From IMG/VR virus record IMGVR_UViG_2609459769_000016: a DNA stretch of 16,654 nucleotides, one strand, 5' to 3'. Positions 10,280-16,654 of this stretch are shown here, piece after piece; positions within the stretch are counted from its first letter, which is position 1; each line of letters opens with the position of its first letter. This DNA comes from a virus. Its lineage: Duplodnaviria; Heunggongvirae; Uroviricota; Caudoviricetes. The position numbers and the translations under genes are program-made. The notes beneath the pieces are model-generated. The model was not told where the DNA came from, searched no databases, and worked only from the letters and a program-made list of their open reading frames with translations.

Positions 10280-10705
10280 AAGCTGTGTGACGAAGTAACC
10301 ACTCTTAACAGCATAACCAATTTTTTACGTACGTAAACCACTAAATGATATTTGCGAGAATGCTACCGAGTATTGAAAACACCACTACAAATACATAAGC
10401 AAATCTCAACAAATAACCAACAAATAATTTCCAGCGTTATTTTTAGCTGGTTTAAATTGAATCTTCAAATTATAGAGCACTTATAAATAACAGCCATTAA
10501 TATAAATTGGCTAATAGATTTATTTTTATTCAGCCAAGAGCCATGAATAGGATTCGATAGAAAAAGTTCAGATAAAAATAGAGATCTACTTCACAAATCA
10601 AATGAGAAACCAAAACTTACATCTTGAAATAATCACATTGATTAGATGAATATTTATCGCGCAGTGACATCATTTTTTAATAATAGTTCAAAAAAAGGGC
10701 TCACG

Positions 10706-11788
10706 ATGAAAAAATTAACAGTGGCAATTTCTGCTGTAGCTGCATCAGTACTGATGGCGATGTCTGCTCAGGCAGCTGAAATTTATAATAAAGACAGTAA
10801 CAAGCTGGATCTGTACGGGAAAGTTAATGCTAAGCACTACTTCTCCTCTAATGATGCAGATGATGGTGATACTACTTATGCCCGTCTTGGCTTCAAAGGT
10901 GAAACCCAAATCAACGATCAACTGACTGGTTTCGGTCAGTGGGAATATGAATTCAAAGGCAACCGCGCTGAATCTCAAGGTTCCTCCAAAGATAAAACCC
11001 GTCTTGCCTTCGCTGGCCTGAAATTCGGTGACTACGGCTCCATCGATTATGGCCGTAACTACGGTGTAGCATACGATATTGGTGCATGGACCGACGTTCT
11101 GCCAGAATTCGGTGGCGATACCTGGACCCAAACAGATGTATTCATGACTGGTCGCACCACAGGTGTTGCAACTTATCGTAACAATGACTTCTTTGGTCTG
11201 GTTGATGGTCTGAACTTTGCTGCTCAGTATCAGGGTAAAAATGACCGCACTGACGTAACTGAAGCTAATGGTGATGGTTTCGGTTTCTCCACTACTTATG
11301 AGTATGAAGGATTCGGTGTAGGTGCAACCTATGCTAAATCTGACCGCACTAATAATCAGGTTATCTACGGTAACAACAGCCTGAATGCATCTGGTCAAAA
11401 TGCTGAAGTATGGGCAGCTGGTCTGAAATATGATGCGAACAACATCTATCTGGCTACCACCTATTCTGAAACCCAGAACATGACTGTTTTTGGTAATAAC
11501 CATATTGCCAACAAAGCACAAAACTTCGAAGTAGTTGCACAATATCAGTTCGACTTCGGTCTGCGTCCGTCCGTTGCTTACCTGCAATCTAAAGGAAAAG
11601 ACTTGGGTGCGTGGGGTGATCAGGACCTGGTTGAATATATTGATGTAGGTGCAACCTATTACTTCAACAAAAATATGTCCACTTTTGTTGATTACAAAAT
11701 CAACCTGATTGATAAGAGCGATTTCACGAAAGCATCTGGCGTTGCTACCGATGATATCGTTGCTGTAGGTATGGTTTACCAGTTCTAA
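10706..11788 (+). CDS. nmpC: outer-membrane general porin, NmpC/OmpC family, apparently intact
   Basis: [42 protein letters not shown]...VGMVYQF with signal peptide, porin beta-barrel repeats and terminal aromatic residue. It sits between quuD and essD as nmpC does in DLP12; the ATG at 10706 has an AAGGG SD. Confidence 0.9.
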   Translation: MKKLTVAISAVAASVLMAMSAQAAEIYNKDSNKLDLYGKVNAKHYFSSNDADDGDTTYARLGFKGETQINDQLTGFGQWEYEFKGNRAESQGSSKDKTRLAFAGLKFGDYGSIDYGRNYGVAYDIGAWTDVLPEFGGDTWTQTDVFMTGRTTGVATYRNNDFFGLVDGLNFAAQYQGKNDRTDVTEANGDGFGFSTTYEYEGFGVGATYAKSDRTNNQVIYGNNSLNASGQNAEVWAAGLKYDANNIYLATTYSETQNMTVFGNNHIANKAQNFEVVAQYQFDFGLRPSVAYLQSKGKDLGAWGDQDLVEYIDVGATYYFNKNMSTFVDYKINLIDKSDFTKASGVATDDIVAVGMVYQF

Positions 11789-11924
11789 TTTGATTACTAA
11801 AAGATATGTTGCGGGAGGCTTTGCCTCCCCAACATATAAGTGGCTCCCTCAAGCCACTTCCTTTAGGAGCACAACCTTGCTTCTAACTATATAAACCTTC
11901 TGTTATATATTACCCTTTATTTTT

Positions 11925-11959
11925 GGGGGCGTCTCAACGCCCCATTTTTAATAATTTTT
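11925..11959 (+). terminator. Rho-independent terminator downstream of nmpC
   Basis: Stem GGGGCG (11926-11931) and CGCCCC (11938-11943) with loop TCTCAA, followed by ATTTTTAATAATTTTT. Confidence 0.5.
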
Positions 11960-11976
11960 AGTAAACAATTGGCATA

Positions 11977-12360
11977 TTAATTAGAGTTATTAACAACGAT
12001 ATCCATCTCTAACCGGATATCTAATGCCATTAACATCCCTTCAATTATACCCTCAGCCTTCTGTAACCTTTTCCCGATATAACCATCAGAGCAGCAATGC
12101 TTACCTGCCAGTGACATGAATGTCATACCGACTACATAATAATCTACTAATAAATCGTGCAAATCGCTGTTGTTCTTTTTCAGACGGGCCATGCACCCGC
12201 AAATGATCATCGCGTCATCGTCACAACATTGCGGGCGAGATTTTACTTTTGAAGTAATTAATCCCTTAAAACCGGCGGCAATGGACGACCAGGTCACATC
12301 TTCATGATTATTAGCCGCCCACGCTCCCCAACGCTCAAGAACCATCTGAATATCACGCAT
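11977..12360 (-). CDS. quuD: late-gene antiterminator Q homologue
   Basis: 127-aa [63 protein letters not shown]... matches DLP12 QuuD as recalled. The track starts 5 codons upstream. Confidence 0.85.
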   Translation of the reverse strand: MRDIQMVLERWGAWAANNHEDVTWSSIAAGFKGLITSKVKSRPQCCDDDAMIICGCMARLKKNNSDLHDLLVDYYVVGMTFMSLAGKHCCSDGYIGKRLQKAEGIIEGMLMALDIRLEMDIVVNNSN

Positions 12361-12445
12361 CAACTTACTCCACAAAAATCAGACCAGAACGCCAATTACA
12401 AGCAAAAATCAATAAAACAGTATTAGTTGATTGTTATCTCTGACT

Positions 12446-12586
12446 TCATACTCCTGCTCCTGTCAGGGTTTTGGCGTAATTCCTCAGTATTCGGTAATCG
12501 GTCAAAACAGAACTGGGGAAACGATATAAGCGCAGGCGCATCCAGCGGTGGCGAAGAAGTTCTGCCATATTAAACTCAAACATCAT
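12446..12586 (-). CDS. ylcG: YlcG-like small protein (46 aa)
   Basis: Hand-translated minus-strand [49 protein letters not shown]. Its ATG overlaps the rusA stop (ATGA), and the position between rusA and quuD matches ylcG in DLP12. It is below the ORF-track size cutoff. Confidence 0.5.
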   Translation of the reverse strand: MMFEFNMAELLRHRWMRLRLYRFPSSVLTDYRILRNYAKTLTGAGV

Positions 12587-12945
12587 TCATTCCCCATTTC
12601 GGTGATGGTCAGTTCCAGCCTCCCACCTTTGGTAACAGGCATCTTCACAACGCGGTAATCAACGACCTGAGCATCATCCAGCCAGAAACCTGCTTTAGTG
12701 AGTGCGTCAAAAGCGGCTTTTTGCAGATTATCCAGGTCACGGCGACGGCGATCCGGCATGTGGCACTCAATGCGGATTTTCACAGGGATAGCCAGGCCGA
12801 TATCCAGCATTGCGTTTTTAATGATTCTGGCGACGTTATCGCGGTATGCCTGCCCCTCTGCGCTGACGTGCGTGCGCCCGCGATTATGGCGGTAATAGCG
12901 ATTATTGCTCGGAGGCCAGGGTAATGTGATGCTGTAGGTATTCAC
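12583..12945 (-). CDS. rusA: RusA Holliday-junction resolvase
   Basis: 120-aa [123 protein letters not shown]. It uses a GTG start that overlaps the upstream ORF stop (GTGA). Confidence 0.9.
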   Translation of the reverse strand: MNTYSITLPWPPSNNRYYRHNRGRTHVSAEGQAYRDNVARIIKNAMLDIGLAIPVKIRIECHMPDRRRRDLDNLQKAAFDALTKAGFWLDDAQVVDYRVVKMPVTKGGRLELTITEMGNE

Positions 12946-13280
12946 GCCTTAATAATCCCCTCTTTCAGCCACATAACCTGTGTTTTCGCCATACCTTCCA
13001 GCGCGCATTCTTTTGCATATGCAGCATCGACTTGCTTGGCATGCCCTTTATAGCCGGTCTGATACACCTCGGTATTCGATATGCAGATGTTGAGGTCATG
13101 AGAATTGCTGGAGATGCCCAGCTTTCTACCCCATGCACTGACAGCATCATAAACAGCATTGCAACAGGCATTCGCATCAAAGGAGAGTGATATGAGCAGG
13201 AATACGGGTTTGTAAAAGATAACGCTTGTGAAAATGCTGAATTTCGCGTCGTCTTCACAGCGATGCCAGAGTCTGTAGTG
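12942..13280 (-). pseudogene. ybcO-like (DUF1364) 3' fragment with no start codon; mosaic or 5'-truncated ORF at the deletion junction
   Basis: The frame coupled to rusA is open for 112 codons (…[79 protein letters not shown]). The last 29 residues resemble the YbcO C-terminus; the rest does not, and there is no ATG/GTG/TTG before residue 72. The track's ORF 12965-13258 is a different frame. Confidence 0.5.
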
Positions 13281-13392
13281 TCAGATGATGACCGTACTCA
13301 AACATCGGGTTGAGTATTATTTTACTGTTTCTTTACATAAACATTGCTGATACCGTTTAGCTGAAACGACATACATTGCAAGGAGTTTATAA

Positions 13393-13674
13393 ATGAGTAT
13401 CAATGAGTTAGAGTCTGAGCAAAAAGATTGGGCGTTATCAATGTTGTGCAGATCCGGTGTCTTGTCTCCATGCAGACATCACGAAGGTATTTATGTAGAT
13501 GAAGGTATAGATATAAAGTCGGCATACAAATATTCCATGAAGGTTTATAAGTCTAATGAAGACAAATCCCCATTCTGCAATGTGCGAGAAATGACTGATA
13601 CCGTGCAAAATTATTATCACGAGTACGGTGGAAACGATACTTGCCCTCTCTGTACAAAACATATAGATGATTAA
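13393..13674 (+). CDS. ea8.5: lambda Ea8.5-like protein
   Basis: 93-aa ORF MSINELESEQKDWALSMLCRSGVLSPCRHHEGIYVDEGIDIKSAYKYSMKVYKSNEDKSPFCNVREMTDTVQNYYHEYGGNDTCPLCTKHIDD. SD AGGAG lies upstream, and spacing to xis is as in lambda. Confidence 0.85.
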   Translation: MSINELESEQKDWALSMLCRSGVLSPCRHHEGIYVDEGIDIKSAYKYSMKVYKSNEDKSPFCNVREMTDTVQNYYHEYGGNDTCPLCTKHIDD

Positions 13675-13691
13675 ACCCAATATTACATAAC

Positions 13692-13720
13692 AATCCTCGC
13701 ACTCGCGGGGATTTTTTTTA
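13692..13720 (+). terminator. terminator-like hairpin with U-tract downstream of ea8.5
   Basis: Stem AATCCTCGC and GCGGGGATT (one G-U pair) with loop ACTC, followed by TTTTTTTTA. Confidence 0.4.
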
Positions 13721-13762
13721 TCTGAACTCACTACGGCGAGTTTTGTTTTATGGAGATGATAA

Positions 13763-13930
13763 ATGCACTTCCGAGTCACAGGAGAATGGAATGGAGAGCC
13801 ATTCAACAGAGTTATCGAAGCCGAGAACATCAGCGACTGCTATGACCACTGGATGCTGTGGGCGCAGATAGCACATGCAGACGTAACCAATATTCGAATT
13901 GAAGAACTGAAAGAACACCAAGCCGCCTGA
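13763..13930 (+). CDS. small ORF between ea8.5 and xis (lambda orf55-like, 55 aa)
   Basis: ORF MHFRVTGEWNGEPFNRVIEAENISDCYDHWMLWAQIAHADVTNIRIEELKEHQAA with SD GGAG 7 nt upstream. Lambda carries a hypothetical ORF at this position (from memory). Confidence 0.5.
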   Translation: MHFRVTGEWNGEPFNRVIEAENISDCYDHWMLWAQIAHADVTNIRIEELKEHQAA

Positions 13931-13969
13931 TGGCGGTTTTTTCTTGCGTGTAATTGCGGAGACTTTGCG

Positions 13970-14188
13970 ATGTACTTGACACTTCAGGAGTGGAACGCAC
14001 GCCAGCGACGCCCAAGAAGCCTTGAAACAGTTCGTCGATGGGTACGCGAGTGCAGGATATTCCCTCCTCCGGTTAAGGATGGAAGAGAGTATCTGTTCCA
14101 CGAATCAGCGGTAAAGGTTGACTTAAATCGACCAGTAACAGGTAGCCTTTTGAAGAGGATCAGAAATGGGAAGAAGGCGAAGTCATGA
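13970..14188 (+). CDS. xis: excisionase Xis (lambda)
   Basis: 72-aa ORF MYLTLQEWNARQRRPRSLETVRRWVRECRIFPPPVKDGREYLFHESAVKVDLNRPVTGSLLKRIRNGKKAKS matches lambda Xis as recalled. It overlaps the int start by 23 nt. Confidence 0.95.
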   Translation: MYLTLQEWNARQRRPRSLETVRRWVRECRIFPPPVKDGREYLFHESAVKVDLNRPVTGSLLKRIRNGKKAKS

Positions 14189-15236
14189 GCGCCGGGATTT
14201 ACCCCCTAACCTTTATATAAGAAACAATGGATATTACTGCTACAGGGACCCAAGGACGGGTAAAGAGTTTGGATTAGGCAGAGACAGGCGAATCGCAATC
14301 ACTGAAGCCATACAGGCCAACATTGAGTTATTTTCAGGACACAAACACAAGCCTCTGACAGCGAGAATCAACAGTGATAATTCCGTTACGTTACATTCAT
14401 GGCTTGATCGCTACGAAAAAATCCTGGCCAGCAGAGGAATCAAGCAGAAGACACTCATAAATTACATGAGCAAAATTAAAGCAATAAGGAGGGGGCTGCC
14501 TGATGCTCCACTTGAAGACATCACCACAAAAGAAATTGCGGCAATGCTCAATGGATACATAGACGAGGGCAAGGCGGCGTCAGCCAAGTTAATCAGATCA
14601 ACACTGAGCGATGCATTCCGAGAGGCAATAGCTGAAGGCCATATAACAACAAACCCTGTCGCTGCCACTCGCGCAGCAAAATCAGAGGTAAGGAGATCAA
14701 GACTTACGGCTGACGAATACCTGAAAATTTATCAAGCAGCAGAATCATCACCATGTTGGCTCAGACTTGCAATGGAACTGGCTGTTGTTACCGGGCAACG
14801 AGTTGGTGATTTATGCGAAATGAAGTGGTCTGATATCGTAGATGGATATCTTTATGTCGAGCAAAGCAAAACAGGCGTAAAAATTGCCATCCCAACAACA
14901 TTGCATGTTGATGCTCTCGGGATATCAATGAAGGAAACACTTGATAAATGCAAAGAGATTCTTGGCGGAGAAACCATAATTGCATCTACTCGTCGTGAAC
15001 CGCTTTCATCCGGCACAGTATCAAGGTATTTTATGCGCGCACGAAAAGCATCAGGTCTTTCCTTCGAAGGGGATCCGCCTACCTTTCACGAGTTGCGCAG
15101 TTTGTCTGCAAGACTCTATGAGAAGCAGATAAGCGATAAGTTTGCTCAACATCTTCTCGGGCATAAGTCGGACACCATGGCATCACAGTATCGTGATGAC
15201 AGAGGCAGGGAGTGGGACAAAATTGAAATCAAATAA
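14166..15236 (+). CDS. int: site-specific tyrosine integrase Int (lambda)
   Basis: 356-aa ORF MGRRRSHERRDLPPNLYIRNNGYYCYRDPRTGKEFGLGRDRRIAITEAIQ...HLLGHKSDTMASQYRDDRGREWDKIEIK matches lambda Int as recalled, including the catalytic region and terminal Tyr motif. Confidence 0.95.
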   Translation: MGRRRSHERRDLPPNLYIRNNGYYCYRDPRTGKEFGLGRDRRIAITEAIQANIELFSGHKHKPLTARINSDNSVTLHSWLDRYEKILASRGIKQKTLINYMSKIKAIRRGLPDAPLEDITTKEIAAMLNGYIDEGKAASAKLIRSTLSDAFREAIAEGHITTNPVAATRAAKSEVRRSRLTADEYLKIYQAAESSPCWLRLAMELAVVTGQRVGDLCEMKWSDIVDGYLYVEQSKTGVKIAIPTTLHVDALGISMKETLDKCKEILGGETIIASTRREPLSSGTVSRYFMRARKASGLSFEGDPPTFHELRSLSARLYEKQISDKFAQHLLGHKSDTMASQYRDDRGREWDKIEIK

Positions 15237-15330
15237 TGATTTTATTTTGACTGATAGTGACCTGTTCGTTGCAACAAATTGATAAGCAATGCTTTTTTAT
15301 AATGCCAACTTAGTATAAAAAAGCAGGCTT
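15231..15330. other. attL (hybrid attachment site: lambda P' arm, 15-bp common core, bacterial arm)
   Basis: Core TTAGTATAAAAAAGC at 15310-15324 is the reverse complement of GCTTTTTTATACTAA, followed by AGGC (bacterial side). Phage-side AAATAATGATTTTATTTTGACTGATAGTGACCTG at 15231-15264 is the reverse complement of the lambda P' arm with Int arm-type sites, overlapping the int stop. Confidence 0.85.
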
Positions 15331-15370
15331 CAACGGATTCATTTTTCTATTTCATAGCCCGGAGCAACCT

Positions 15371-16654
15371 GTGAACACATTTTCAGTTTCCCGTCTGGCG
15401 CTGGCATTGGCTTTTGGCGTGACGCTGACCGCCTGTAGCTCAACCCCGCCCGATCAACGTCCTTCTGATCAAACCGCGCCTGGTACCTCTTCTCGCCCGA
15501 TTCTGTCGGCAAAAGAAGCGCAGAATTTCGATGCTCAACACTATTTTGCATCCCTGACACCAGGTGCTGCAGCGTGGAATCCTTCCCCGATTACCCTGCC
15601 TGCGCAACCTGACTTTGTTGTCGGCCCGGCGGGCACTCAAGGTGTAACGCATACCACGATTCAGGCGGCGGTAGATGCGGCAATTATCAAGCGTACCAAC
15701 AAGCGCCAGTATATTGCCGTGATGCCTGGTGAGTATCAGGGAACGGTATATGTCCCTGCCGCTCCGGGTGGAATTACTCTGTACGGTACAGGTGAAAAAC
15801 CGATTGATGTGAAGATTGGGCTTTCCCTTGATGGTGGCATGAGCCCTGCCGACTGGCGTCACGACGTCAACCCGCGCGGCAAATATATGCCAGGTAAACC
15901 AGCGTGGTATATGTACGATAGCTGCCAGAGCAAACGCAGCGACAGTATCGGTGTTCTCTGCTCTGCGGTCTTCTGGTCACAAAACAATGGCCTGCAACTG
16001 CAAAATCTGACCATCGAAAACACGCTGGGCGATAGCGTAGATGCAGGTAACCATCCGGCGGTGGCACTGCGTACTGATGGTGACCAGGTACAGATTAACA
16101 ACGTTAACATTCTCGGTCGTCAGAACACCTTCTTTGTCACCAACAGCGGTGTGCAGAACCGTCTGGAAACAAATCGTCAGCCGCGTACGCTGGTGACCAA
16201 CAGCTACATTGAAGGGGATGTGGATATCGTTTCTGGTCGCGGCGCAGTGGTGTTCGATAACACCGAATTCCGCGTGGTGAACTCACGTACTCAGCAAGAA
16301 GCGTATGTGTTTGCACCGGCTACGCTGTCCAACATTTACTACGGTTTCCTCGCCGTAAACAGCCGTTTCAATGCTTTCGGTGATGGTGTGGCGCAACTGG
16401 GCCGCTCGCTGGATGTTGATGCCAATACCAACGGTCAGGTGGTGATCCGTGATAGCGCCATCAACGAAGGTTTTAACACGGCTAAACCGTGGGCCGATGC
16501 GGTGATCTCTAATCGTCCGTTTGCGGGTAATACCGGCAGCGTAGATGATAACGACGAAATACAGCGCAATCTGAATGACACTAACTACAACCGCATGTGG
16601 GAATACAATAACCGCGGCGTGGGTAGTAAAGTGGTTGCAGAGGCGAAGAAGTAA
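15371..16654 (+). CDS. ybhC: YbhC outer-membrane lipoprotein (pectinesterase-fold acyl-CoA thioesterase family), host gene flanking att-lambda
   Basis: 427-aa ORF from a GTG start with SD GGAG; lipoprotein signal MNTFSVSRLALALAFGVTLTAC. ybhC is the chromosomal gene on the gal side of attB-lambda. The stop is at the window end. Confidence 0.9.
   Translation: MNTFSVSRLALALAFGVTLTACSSTPPDQRPSDQTAPGTSSRPILSAKEAQNFDAQHYFASLTPGAAAWNPSPITLPAQPDFVVGPAGTQGVTHTTIQAAVDAAIIKRTNKRQYIAVMPGEYQGTVYVPAAPGGITLYGTGEKPIDVKIGLSLDGGMSPADWRHDVNPRGKYMPGKPAWYMYDSCQSKRSDSIGVLCSAVFWSQNNGLQLQNLTIENTLGDSVDAGNHPAVALRTDGDQVQINNVNILGRQNTFFVTNSGVQNRLETNRQPRTLVTNSYIEGDVDIVSGRGAVVFDNTEFRVVNSRTQQEAYVFAPATLSNIYYGFLAVNSRFNAFGDGVAQLGRSLDVDANTNGQVVIRDSAINEGFNTAKPWADAVISNRPFAGNTGSVDDNDEIQRNLNDTNYNRMWEYNNRGVGSKVVAEAKK

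Noticed and set aside
10745-11587. 280-aa ORF antisense to nmpC
   Set aside because: It lies entirely within the porin gene on the opposite strand, has no homology signal and no RBS; a long antisense frame is a common artefact.
11803-11829. GC-rich hairpin GGGAGGC-TTT-GCCTCCC immediately after the nmpC stop
   Set aside because: No U-tract on either strand. The terminator at 11925-11959 is the better candidate, so this is probably just a stable stem.
13192-13215. 7-codon mini-ORF (MSRNTGL) with a near-consensus Shine-Dalgarno AAAGGAGA 5 nt upstream, on the plus strand inside the ybcO-like remnant
   Set aside because: Too short to assess and antisense to the remnant frame. The SD-like motif is simply the antisense of Ser-Leu-Ser-Phe codons; most likely chance.
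12965-13258. Track ORF of 97 aa (MKTTRNSAFSQ...) upstream of rusA
   Set aside because: It is in a different frame from the one that carries the YbcO-like C-terminus and overlaps rusA, and its translation is compositionally odd (Met/Cys/Trp/Arg-rich). I treat the start-less coupled frame as the real remnant.
13748-14101. 117-aa and 61-aa minus-strand ORFs antisense to orf55 and xis
   Set aside because: They overlap well-supported plus-strand lambda genes and have no recognisable family.
15440-16110. Minus-strand ORFs antisense to ybhC (15440-15862, 15859-16110, 15867-16067)
   Set aside because: They sit inside a well-supported host gene; their translations are Arg-rich antisense artefacts.

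Overview
This window reads as an Escherichia-type chromosomal accessory region: a heavily deleted, mosaic lambdoid prophage remnant sitting at the lambda attachment site beside the host gene ybhC. All identifications are by reading the translated ORFs and recalling protein families; no alignment or database search was run, so identities are qualitative. Right to left, the window holds ybhC, a hybrid attL, lambda-type int, xis, an orf55-like ORF and ea8.5. These are joined directly to a nin-region remnant (a ybcO-like 3' fragment with no start codon, rusA, ylcG) and the Q-type antiterminator quuD. Next come an apparently intact nmpC-type porin gene, a phage-21/DLP12-type lysis cassette (essD, rrrD, rzpD with embedded rzoD), bor, ybcV and ybcW, then lambda-type side tail fibre genes stf and tfa. 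No repressor/immunity, replication, terminase, capsid or tail-shaft genes lie between these blocks. The left end carries an AT-rich island, a complete IS5, an AppY-like AraC-family regulator, two IS3-family transposase fragments in opposite orientation and the 3' end of an integrase-like gene. I found no rRNA, tRNA or CRISPR array. I see no clear novel multi-gene system; the best leads are the junction ORF, the AT-rich island with a small hydrophobic ORF and terminator, and the IS-flanked regulator.
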